DNA of 64,000 bases from the human T2T-CHM13v2.0 reference genome, Homo sapiens, in NCBI RefSeq assembly GCF_009914755.1, contig NC_060938.1. One strand, 5' to 3'. The translations under genes and the position numbers were made by a program. The notes under the pieces were generated by a model. It saw nothing but the letters and a program-made list of their open reading frames with translations. It ran no database searches and was not told the origin of the DNA. Positions 12,935 through 24,383 of the stretch are shown here, one piece after another (the first letter of the stretch is position 1; each line of letters opens with the position of its first letter).

Positions 12935-14087
12935 AGTAATATTTTTTCTCTGTGTGTTACTTGACATTTTCCACTTTTCTGTTCTCTTTTGTGCATTTGT
13001 ATTCTATATTATATTAGTCCATGGTTGTGGCACATATTAAAGATGTTTGTAAATTCTTGTCAAGTAAAATGAATAAAAGATCTGATGCCAGTTGTTCTTA
13101 AAATTACGTTCCCTCTCAATCTCAGAGGGACTTAATACTCTTCACACTTTTTACCGACTGAATGCAGGAAAATCCCAGGTCATCCATGAAGCCTGTGATT
13201 TTGTTGATTCCACCGTCCAACGTGTCCCAGCTATCATTCAAGAGTGGACATAATGCTCTGCTCCCAGACCACATCAAAGTGTCCACTCTGGGTACCCCAT
13301 GACAACCTACTGGCCAGCACTGACTACCAGACCCTGTTGAAGTGTCCACTCTGGGTGCTCCATGACAACTTACTGGCCAACACTGACTACAGGGCTCTAA
13401 ACTAAAGGAGAGAACTGTTGGGTGGTTATGCTTGCAATTAGACCCTCCAGGGTGTCTACTACCACTGATGGAAGCAGGGGAAAAGAAATATTATACATTC
13501 AGAGTTTGGCTACTCCAAAAGAGTAGGAGTCCCCCAAACACTGGGGACTCTTACTGAAGCATCATATATGAGACATATGAAGAGTAGAAAATGTAGGAAA
13601 CATTGACAAACATGTATTAAGTCACTTCAATATAAGCCTTGGAAAAGTCTAGGAGCTCTATTAGAGATGCAAGAAGAGAATACAATCAGGGGGACATGGT
13701 ATGACCAGAGTTGAATAAACAGCATTGCTCACTACTCTTCCTGAAAATAATACTAAAAACAGCAAGAATATATTTTAAAATACAATTTCATTTTAAGTCG
13801 AACTAGGAGTAAATAGAAATGGATCATAGACACAAAAGTACATATAGAGACTCTAAACAGCTGAAATCAAGCAAGCCATGGAAGACCAAAGGAAGAAAAG
13901 CACAGTGATGGCTTAAAGGCACAGTGGTGGCTGATTTCAGAAAGGGCTGAAGGCCAGGGACTCTGAAATATAAAAGTTGTATTCTTTGTTTGTAATAATG
14001 GATTCAGAACCTCTATGGACCGAGGTCATCGAAGCCTTTCTGGACTCAGTTTCACTCAGAGAAGGTGATGCTCTACAAAGAGCCGAT

Positions 14088-14906
14088 GACTTAGGTGTAT
14101 CTGCAGAAGCCACTGAATTCTATGGCAGTGAAGGAGAAGACTGTTGGGTTGTTAAGCTCTTAGCCGTATCTGCAGAAGCCACTGAATCCTATGATGGTGA
14201 AGGAGAAGACTTAGCCATATCTGCAGAAGCCACCTAATTCTATGGTGGTGAAGGAGAAGATTTAGCCATATCTGCAGAAGCCATTTAATCCTATGGTGGT
14301 GAAAGAGAAGACTGTTGGGTTGTTAAGCTCTTAGCCATATCTGCAGAAGCCACCTAATTCTATGGTGGTGAAGGAGAAGACTTAGCCGTATCTGCAGAAT
14401 CCATCTAATCCTATGGTGGTGAAGGAGAAGACTTAGCCATATCTGCAGAAGCCACCTAATCCTATGAAGGTGAAGGAGAAGACTTAGCCGTATCTGCAGA
14501 AGCCACCTAATTCTATGGTGATGAAGGAGAAGACTTAGCCATATTTGCACAATCCATCCAATTCTATGGTGGTGAAGGAGAAGACTTAGCCGTATCTGCA
14601 GAAGCCACCTAATTCTATGGTGGTGAAAGAGAAGACTTAGCCGTATCTGCAGAAGCCATCTAATTCTATGGTGGTGAAGGAGAAGATTTAGCCATATTTG
14701 CAGAATCCATCCACTTCTACGGTGGTGAAGGAGAAGACTTAGCCGTATCTGCAGAAGCCTCCTAATTCTACGGTGGTGAAGGAGAAGATTTAGCCATATC
14801 TGCAGAAGCCTCCTAATTCTGCAGTGGTGAAGGAGAAGACTTAGCTGTATCTGCAGAAGCCATCTAATTCTATGGTGGTGAAGGAGAAGATTGTTGGGTT
14901 GCTAAG
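14088..14906. repeat. 51-bp minisatellite, 15 units, three followed by an 18-bp extension
   Basis: Unit GACTTAGCCRTATCTGCAGAAGCCACCTAATTCTATGGTGGTGAAGGAGAA. Extension GACTGTTGGGTTGTTAAG after units 1 and 4, and a variant of it after unit 15. Confidence 0.96.
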
Positions 14907-15049
14907 TTTGCAAGACAACTTTGCCTCCTCCTTTCTTCTTCATAGAAACTTTTCACAAATTATTGGTTCAAAATATTTCAATTAATTCAGTAATTAATAA
15001 TTATTGATTTATGTAAAGACACTATAAGAAAAAACTATGGGGAAAAATG

Positions 15050-18000
15050 CAAACTTATCAATGGAGAAAGATCACACAACAAAAATCAATCCCAAAAGCA
15101 AGATGAAAATGTTAACCAAATATTTTGCCATGAAATGAAAACTTAATGGAGCTGTCAGATCAAAAGTGGAAGACCATGAAGCAGAAATATAAGAACTCAG
15201 AGAAAGAAGTGGTGAAATGTTAGAATAAAAAAATGTGCTGACAAAAACCAGCAAACATGAAGAAAAACCAAAATCTTCATAGAAATGAAGGTAAACCTAG
15301 AAGTAGAGAAATTAAAACAGACTTTAGAAAACTCAGTAAGGAACATAGAAAATATAAATAAAAATGTAAAAGTAAATACAGTAAAATTAAAGGGAAAATC
15401 TAAAAATTATTAGAAGGAAAACAGTGGCTATAGAAGATAAGCAGAGACAATCTAAAATATATCAAAAAAGGAAGGTATGGAAAGAAAAAAAAAGACAGCA
15501 TTGAAAGAGCATGAATCCCTTTAAGAACTGATTCAACAAAACTTTTCCAGAATAAAATTAGGTTCCACAGAAAAGGAAACACTAAGAACACCCTAGAAAA
15601 TTTTAAAGAAACATTAAGGAAAAGATCCTTTAATCAAGCCACTCTTAAAAAAGAGAATGTAACAGGCTAGTCTCATATTTTTTCCTAGCAAAATTTAATG
15701 CCAAGATACAGTGGCCCATTACCTACAAGATATTCAAAAAGTGGAATGAAAACCAAAGGTTTTATACCTAGTCAGGCTACATTTCAAAGTATACTTCAGG
15801 CAGTTTTAAATACACACAAAGTCAGGGAATATTTTCCTACTTGGGAAAAGTCCCAGAGAACAAACTTTAGCCAACAAAGAAATAACTAAAGAAAAACTAT
15901 GGTGAAATATTATAATTGTGAATTGCATTGACTAAAACTAAAATAAACATGAGAACCAGGGTAATAAAATGAATATAAATGCCACATGCCCTGGAAATAA
16001 ACCAATATCGAAACTAACAAAAAGTAGAAGAAGAAGGAGGAAAGAATGGAAGACATAGGGTAGATCAAGGCTGCTGCATATGATGTTTGTACAGTTTTCA
16101 ACTTTGAGGGGTCTCGTTTGCTGAGACCCTGACATCATCTGCAGCTCCAGAGCTGAGAGACACGATGTGCACACACACAGGTGGGGGTCTGAGGAGGAGG
16201 ACTTGGTCAACTCAGCTATAACAGCCAGGACTCAAAGTGGATCATTCAAAGCAGTAAATCAAATGTTAGAAATAGAAGTGTATGTAATAGCAAAATAACA
16301 AACACTAAATAACATGCCACGGATACTCTCATTGACAGAATTCTAGTAGTGAGAGGCCTGGAAGGGAGTAGAAAGAGAAACCACCTAGTTTTAACACAGC
16401 GGAAAATAGAGAAGTAATCACTCCTGGGTAAAAGAAGAGATCATAAAAATACTGCATAAAGCTGTCATTTAAAAAATTACCACTGAGCAAGTCCCCAAAT
16501 GAAGCTACCAGAAAACAGTTTTTCTCAAGCAAATAAATCAGATCACATAGAAAACAACTTTTAAAATTTATGAACACATAAGATGCTATCATATATGCAT
16601 GAAACACCAAGCATAACTGATATATCAATAAATATAAATGTAAATATGATATACACATATACAATTAACCATTACTGAAGGACTTAAAAAAGAATTTGAT
16701 CAGATTTCCAGAGGAGAGGAGCTTGGGATACTCTTTTCCCCGCAGTGAAACAACCGTTTAACTGGTAAAAATTATAAAACACATTTAAAGTCTCTGGAAA
16801 TTGACCTAAGGGCAGATGCAAATTAATAAGCATTTATTCAAGAAAATCTCCTAAATGTTGATAAAACAGTGGAAGTCTGTGTCCTCTGAGCCAGACCTAG
16901 TTCCTATTCCCTCCTCCAGCTCCATGTCACAGGAGATCTTCTCCACATCACATGACCACATATCACATGACCAGGAACATGGGAACTCCTTTTCAGCCCC
17001 ACTCCCAGTCAAAGACGTATGATTACACCCCAGGTGATCTCATCCCCAGACACCACCCCTCTAAGTAAAGGAAATTAGGATGCCATCTCACATCAAGGGG
17101 ACAGATGAGATGTTTCAACAATGTTGATGTTTGTACAACTAGGAAGATATATGAAAAAATAAAGTTAGATTCATTTCCCACATCACATACCAAAATAAAT
17201 TCCAAATACAACAAAAACTTTAATGTGAATAAAAATAAAACTATACAAAAACATAAAATAACATTAAAGAATTTCTTTAAAACCTGGAAGTGAGGATGAC
17301 CTTTTTATTTCTGAAAATCCAGAATCCATAAAGTATTAACATTTTATCACATACAAATTAAAAATTTCTACATGGCAAAAAATAAGGTATTTGGATCTAA
17401 AGACATATAACAAATTGGAGGGCAGACATTTGTAATCATATCACAGATAACGAGTGAATCTCTCTGTATAGGAAGTTTTAGAAATGAAGAAGGAAAAGAT
17501 AAACAACAGAAAAGGATTCAAAGATAAATAGTTCTCAGAAAAATTCAAATAATTTTTTGATAGATGTCAACCTCAGTTATAAAACGAGAAAAGCATTTAA
17601 ATTACCATGAAATAACATTTTTCACCTTTAGATTGGCAAGAACTAAAATTTTTATAATATATATCATCAGTAAGGCTGTGGAGTGTAAGCTTTTACTACC
17701 TCTACCGAGGGCAATTAGTATCTATCAAAGTTGCAAATACCTGTAATATTTGACAGAGCATTCCCACTTTGGGGTTTATACAACATACTTGAACATGTGT
17801 AAAATAATGTATGCATAAGTGTACTCATCAAAGCTATTAACTATTAACAAAAGATTCAAAATAATTTTATTCTTCAATCTTGGACTAGTTAAGTAAATTT
17901 TTGTCTAAGTTCAATGGAATGCTATGTCTTCATTTTAAAAATACATAAAGTCTACATATTGACTTATATGAAATATTATTTAGAGAAAAAATAAGGTTTA

Positions 18001-18270
18001 AAACAGTGTGTTTAATAAACTGTCCTTGCTGTAAAAAGAGAAAACATAAAGGTATACATTTATTTTTGCTTGCATATGCCAACAGAAACCCTAGAAGAAC
18101 GCAAAAGAAACTAATGACATCAGTAGCCTCATGATGTGGCCATGGGGACTGAAATGGAGACAATTACGAGATTAGGAGGAAGACTTTTCAATGTATACTT
18201 TTACATTTTTTAGATATTTAGCCATGTGCATTGATTTCCTACTTCAAAAAATACCCAAATTTTAAAATAA
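15050..18270 (+). mobile_element. Old L1M fragments (ORF1-like, 5'UTR-like, ORF2 3' and 3'UTR pieces)
   Basis: A-rich degenerate L1 motifs such as CCCCACATCACATACCAAAATAAATTCCAAAT and TTTGACAGAGCATTCCCACTTTGGG. Probably several fragments; boundaries approximate. Confidence 0.6.
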
Positions 18271-21200
18271 AAGATATAAAATTCAAGATAATATAGATCA
18301 AATAATCCATTCACCCTGGCCCAGTCACCACTCCTTCCTCTACACAAATACGCACCTACAGAGAATTTTTGAAATCCTCTAGAGAAATACACACCTACAG
18401 AGAAGTTTTGCAAAAATAAAAATAAAAAAGCAAGAGGCAAAGCAGTGTTTATTACTAGCTGAGATGCTTTTGCCCCCTTAACCCCCACAGGCTGAACCAC
18501 TTGGAGAAATTGTCCAGCCTTGCATAGACACAGAAATGGGCTCCTCTCTTGAAAGCAATTCTGAACCTCAGTGTTACACCGGGCCCAGAACACAAACACG
18601 GGGAAGCAGGGAGAGAAGAGGAATAACAATGCCTCCAAAGACTGGGGTTAACCTAGGCCTTCCCAAGCTGGAGAAGTAGATGAGCACCAGGCTGCCACAG
18701 CTAGTAGGGTGCAGGCACTGGCCCCTGAAATTCTCATTCTGTTTCTCCCAAGAAATGTCTGAAGGGAGGTCAATGTCTGCTCAATGATCTTGCCCTTGCG
18801 CTCAGAATAAGAAACTTCTGATTTTTACCCCTTCGAGGCCCCACCTGTAAACAATGTAAACCAATCAGGTATCACAAAACCTGAACGCTACGCCTTATTT
18901 TGGGGAAATGAACTTTATTGCTCTTGATCTACACTCAGCTCTTGTAGACAAGTGGGAGCGTGGGAGACACAAAAGGGTAGAGAAAGAGCCCTGTGCTTAC
19001 CGGGGAGGCTACTGTGGTGTTTTGGAGGCTAAGTTCAGGAGTTTATCCAGCACAGAAGGCAGGGGTTTAATGCCTCTTATCAATAAATATTTACACATAT
19101 AACCTGCATGCATTGAATCTATAATGTGCATACATTTCTTGTACCTGAAAATATCTAATATTAAACCAAGGAGAAATATAATTATAGATAATATAATACA
19201 CATAGTTATAGCATACATTTTAGATGAAGCATTTTTGCATGCTAGGGTAGACAATACACACAGTTACAGCATACATCGTAGATGAAGCATTTTTGTATGC
19301 TAGGGTAAACACAAAACCTGTTTGCTATGAAGGCCCTGGCGGTCTGTACCTCTAGCCAATCATTTGCATACTATTAAATAGCACGTTTGCAGTAAAACTA
19401 GAAGGCAATAAAGCTGTATCCATGTGCTCTCTAACCTATTTGATCAATGCTGCCATAAGAGCTTCAGAGATTGAATATTTGTGTGGCTCTCAATTTTGCT
19501 CACTATTTACGTAAATTAGAAGTTTAAATGTAGGATAATGGTAATAATTTATGTCATCTAACAAACAGCTCTCTAAAGTCTTTGGAATATAAGGTCTCTG
19601 GATAGCCAAAACTTCTAATTAATTGAGGATTACAACTTTAATCAACAATAATTTTTTTTAATAATTTAAATATTTTGGGTGAAAATCTTTTCAAACAATT
19701 TTCAAAGCCTAAAAGCTTTGAATTTGGTTGATAATTTCTAAGTCAACACTATGAACACTGGGTTACATATAATAGATATAATCTATGTCATACAAACATG
19801 TACACAATAGATATGATGAGGTCTGTTAAACTATGTGGGGTTATTTGCATTGGTCTATTTTTCCACTTACTTTGTGAGTTTTTCTCTCCCTTTCCTTGCT
19901 GTCAGTGTCCTCATGTAGCAGCTTTTCTCCTTATTTCTAATTTTCTCATTTTACATCTACTACAGGCTTTGAAATTGCATACTGAAGCTTCTTTAAGCAG
20001 TATGTAACCTAAGATTAGGCCTTGAAATAAGGGCGAAAGAGATCACTTTCAAGCCACATGTGTGAGATTTGAATGCAGGCCCTTGAGATGATACTTTGGC
20101 TGTATACAGGTTTGTTGCTTCCTGCTTTAGGCTACATCTAAAGAAGAGTTTTCTCTGATAAGAGTTTGGGTTAGATTCAACATAACCTTAGAAGAAATGG
20201 CTACCCTATTTTATTTATGCTTTGCTTTTTTTACAAAAAAGAAATTTTATTAAAATGTATATAAAATCACGTGATAAAATATTTTTTAAAAAAAGAAAAA
20301 AAAAAGTGAGGTCTTTGAAATGTAAGGCAAAAGGCAAGAGCAGACAGAGCCAGGTATAAGACTCATCACACAATGCAAGCCAACAACCCTCCATCTTTGC
20401 CAGAGATGAGGAACAAAGTTGGTTTTATGCTTTGTAGTCCATCCAAAAGGCTAACAAAACTCATATTGTTACTTAGTGTAAATAAAACAATCGCTTCAGT
20501 AAAGTGCAAGTTTTTCAGACAGTGAGTCCAGAAAACAATTACTTCTTACTTCCTCCTCAAGAAATCACTGTGAAATGCAAAAATAATGTTCTCGGCAATG
20601 ACGTTACAAGAAACCCAAAGATGAGTTTTAATAGCATAATTCAATGAAAAATAATTATACGGGAAAAGAAAAGATTACAGCTTACCAGAAACACAAAATT
20701 GCGTATTCCAAAGCACAACCACTGATGGTCTGTGGCTGCTCCTGGTGGCTCAATGGCACATCTGTGACAGTGTTGGATGCACACAGGTGGTCATCTCCCA
20801 GTACAGTGTGAGTCATTCAGCACCTCAAGTCACTGAAGAGTGCCTGACAGACCGTAGGCCCTCCTAGCCCCACATCTCAGTCTTGGTTCCTCAATACATC
20901 AGCTAAGTCTTGATTTAAGCAAATGAAAACACAGCAGGGAGCTCTACTATTATTCCAAATATGATTACTCACTATAGGCTTTAGAACAAAGGAAATAGAG
21001 ACAAATTAATCAAAAGAAGCAAAATATCTAGTAAAGACATTACTGTCAGTGGTTGGTGGTTAATGAGTGAGTGACCTGGATAAGGACTACTTATTGCTAA
21101 AGGCATCCTCCAATACACAGAGTGGGGAAAGTGAAAGAAAATTAAACACACAAAAACAGCACTACTCTTTTTTGCCTGTGACAGCAAGCCAAAATGTCAA

Positions 21201-21516
21201 CACCAACTCCTTAACTTTACTTTCCATGTAAGCAAGCAGCATTAGCATTTCTCTAGAGGAAAGGACAAAAAAATAGTTCATAACAAGGTAACATTTGGAA
21301 TTAAAAACATAAAATGGTGTGGTTCAACAAAGCCAGATTTTTCAGTGCAAACAATGTATCAACTGTCAGTTGAGTGAAAAGATAACCCAGTCTCCAAAGC
21401 CTAGGGGCCTGGAATTATACACTGCAAGGTATTGTGCATCAATTTCCTATGTGTCAGAGAAAGGAACAGTTTAGCCTTGACACCAAGAGGTCTGCACACA
21501 CAAATACCTAAAAGTC

Positions 21517-21929
21517 TATTCATGTCCTTAGCCCACTTTTGGATGGGATTATTTGTTTGTTTCTTGCTAATTTGTTTGAGTCCATTGTAGATTCTGGATA
21601 TCAGTCCTGTGTCAGATGTATAGATTGTGAAGATTTTCTCCCACTCTGTGTGTTGTCTGTTTACTCTGCTGACTGTTTCTTTTGCTGTGCAAAAGCTCTT
21701 TAGTTTGATTAGGTCCCAGCTATTTATTTTTGTTCTTATTGCATTTGCTTATGGGTTCTTGTTCATGAAATCCTTGCCTAAGCCAATGTCTAGAAGAGTT
21801 TTCCCAATGTTGTCTTTTAGAATTTTTATAGTTTCTTGTCTTGGATTTAAATCCTTCATCCATCTTGAGTACCACTTGTTCCCCAATAACCTATGGAAAT
21901 ACAAATATTAAAAAATACAAAAATACAAA
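21517..21929. mobile_element. Short L1PB insertion with 5' inversion
   Basis: About 350 bp of antisense L1 ORF2 3' region joined to a sense L1PB 3' end (TGTTCCCCAATAACCTATGGAAATA) and A-rich tail. Flanking CTAAAAGTC at 21508-21516 and 21930-21938. Confidence 0.8.
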
Positions 21930-22960
21930 CTAAAAGTCACTTAGCACTCAATTGCAGTATGTCTAAACCTCTTGGAAAGATGGATGCCTTTCAACTATTA
22001 AAATTATTTTTTAACTATATATCTGAAAAGTATTATTAATAAAGATTCTTGAATGTAGCAGTTATAGTTCCAGAGAAAGAGTGCCAGGTGTACAGCTCTT
22101 AGAATGTAAGCTATTAAGATGCAGAGATTGTATCTGTGCAAATCACTTTGTTCAACACCAAAAGCATGTCAGCAAGAAGTGAAATATTTACAAATTTTTT
22201 TTGATGACAATGACAAGGAATCAGGACCCTTGATTAGAAGAGATGGATATCCAAGTCAAACCAGCTATCTTAGAAAAGAAATTGGGAGCTCCCCTTAACA
22301 AATGTTGAGAAGAGCAGAAGCAGAGCTGGGCCTCCAGCTAGTGCCAACATCTGAAAAGGGGCTGTTGGGAAGAGCAGAAGCAGAACTGGGCCTCAAGCTA
22401 GTGCCAGCATCTGAGCATCTGAAAAGGGGCCAGGACTCCCTGTCTCTAAGTCTTTCATTCCCACTTTCTTGGTATCTTGGCTTTATCTCCAAACCAAAAT
22501 CCTTTTCTTCCCTAGAGGAGGAAATAGAACTCCAGTAGCTCTCTGCTAGCATCAAGCTAAGCTGAGGTATAAAAACTCTCTTCTACTTAGTTCTGTGCAT
22601 GGACAGAATCATCTGCCTACTCACAAACCAATCCTGTATTGGGGGTGTGACATTTTGATCTCCCAGGTTGGGTCATGTGCCTACCCTTAGGGTGGGAGGC
22701 AGGGATTTATGAGTTGGGTGAGGAAAGAGAAATAGTTCCTGCAGAGGAAAGGAACATGCACTGAACTACAGAAATGGGGAGAAGCAATGAATATTAAAAG
22801 AAGTAGACTGATGTTAGGAGAAAATGGCAAAACTAGGGTAGATTCCCATATATCTCAGCAGGAGTACTAGAGAGCCCCATGTGTTAATACACAAGAATAC
22901 ATTTTATAGAAGATGTTATTATTATTTGTATGAAACTGGATACTCAGTTGAATTCATACA

Positions 22961-23132
22961 TGAATGCATAATGCCATCGCTCACTACCAAAAATTTTGCA
23001 GTAGAGCTTCCCACATTTGGGGCAATTCCAGGGATCAGCATATCCCTATGATGGATCCAGAGTGGAATGGATAAGCCTTGCCCTGGGAAAACTGCCTTTA
23101 AGATCATGGTATCTGCCCTGCCAGGTAAGTAT
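22961..23132 (-). pseudogene. U1 snRNA processed pseudogene (RNU1-type)
   Basis: Reverse complement reads ATACTTACCTGGCAGGGCAGATACCATGATC..TTTTCCCAGGGCAAGGCTTATCCATT..CCCCAAATGTGGGAA..ACTGCAAAATTTTTGGTAGTG, matching U1. Flanking 15-bp direct repeat GTATGAAACTGGATA at 22928-22942 and 23129-23143. Confidence 0.95.
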
Positions 23133-23529
23133 GAAACTGGATATTTCTAAGGCACATTGGAACAAACCTCATTTTTAGCCACAAGTTATGGGTATCTTGA
23201 AAAGCCCTTATTGCAAAACACATAGAAATAGCAGGTAAAATACAGTCAACATGGACTTAAATGCCTAGTTGTGCTTCCAGGAGGATAAGGAAACCCCCGG
23301 GGGAAGATGGCAAAGCAGAAAACCTGAATGGCCAATGAATGCAAAACCATGGCTGCTAGGGAAACATTTCCCAACCTCAAGAATCTAGAGACGTGAATCT
23401 GAAGGCTGAGTGGGGTGGCAGAAGACAAGGCTTTAGGTCACTGCCAGGTAGAGACCTCTGCATACGTTCAGAACTCATTAATCAGGAATTAAAAGCTTCT
23501 AACAAAAGTAAAGAGATAAAAAAGGAGCT

Positions 23530-23880
23530 TGTTCATCTCATGTTCATTGCAGCATTATTCATAATAGCCAAGAGGTAAAAGCAACCTAAATATCTGTCAA
23601 GAGATGAATGGATTTTAAAAAGTGGTATATACACAATAAATTATTATTCAGCCTTAAAAAAAAAGGAAATCCTTTCATATGTCATAACATAGATAAACCT
23701 TGGGGATACTATACTAAGTGAAATAAACCAGTCACAAAAATACAAACACAGTGCTGCATGATCCTTCTTATATGAGGTTTTTAAAGTAGTCAAACTCTTA
23801 GAAACAGAGACGTAAAATGGCAGATGCCAGGGACTAGCGGAGGGGGAAAAGAGGACTTGTTCAATGGGTATAGAGTTTTA
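23530..23880 (+). mobile_element. L1M (L1MA/MB) 3' fragment
   Basis: Contains CATGTTCATTGCAGCATTATTCATAATAGCCAAGAGG..CTAAGTGAAATAAACCAGTCACAAAA. Confidence 0.85.
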
Positions 23881-24111
23881 TAGGTGAATCCCACACTCTA
23901 ATCCTACTCAAGCTGGTATAGAGGATGGGAACAAAGATAAGACTATAGATTTATGAACAATAAAAAGTGTAAACCAAGCATTCTATACCTAGCCAAACTG
24001 TCATTCACATATGGAGACAAAAAGAGAAAAAGAGTTTCAAACATGCAGGAATGTAGGACAATCATTTGTACAACCTTACTGAAAAATTGTTCTCTGAATT
24101 AAAATAAATGT

Positions 24112-24383
24112 GGCCGGGCACAGTGGCTCATGCCTGTAATCCCAGCACTTTCGGAGGCCAAGGTGGATGGATCACTTGAGGCCAAGGTTCAAGGCCATCC
24201 TGGGTAACATGGTGAAACCCCATCTCTAGTAAAAACTCAAAAATTAGTTGGGCCATGGTGGCGGGCTCCTGTAATCCCAGCTGAGGCAGGAGAATCACTT
24301 GAACCTGAGAGGCAGAGGCTGCAGTGAGCACAGCACTGCACTCCAGCCTGAGTGACAGAGGGAAACTATGCCTCCGAGAAAAA
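24112..24383 (+). mobile_element. Alu SINE with internal deletions
   Basis: GGCCGGGCACAGTGGCTCATGCCTGTAATCCCAGCAC ... CTCCAGCCTGAGTGACAGAG. Confidence 0.93.

Noticed and set aside
13123-13260. Possible + strand exon after TTCCCTCTCAATCTCAG
   Set aside because: No convincing donor nearby and no recognisable peptide; insufficient support.
14088-14906. CRISPR-like array interpretation of the regular repeat
   Set aside because: Units are contiguous with no unique spacers, there are no cas genes, and the context is primate DNA.
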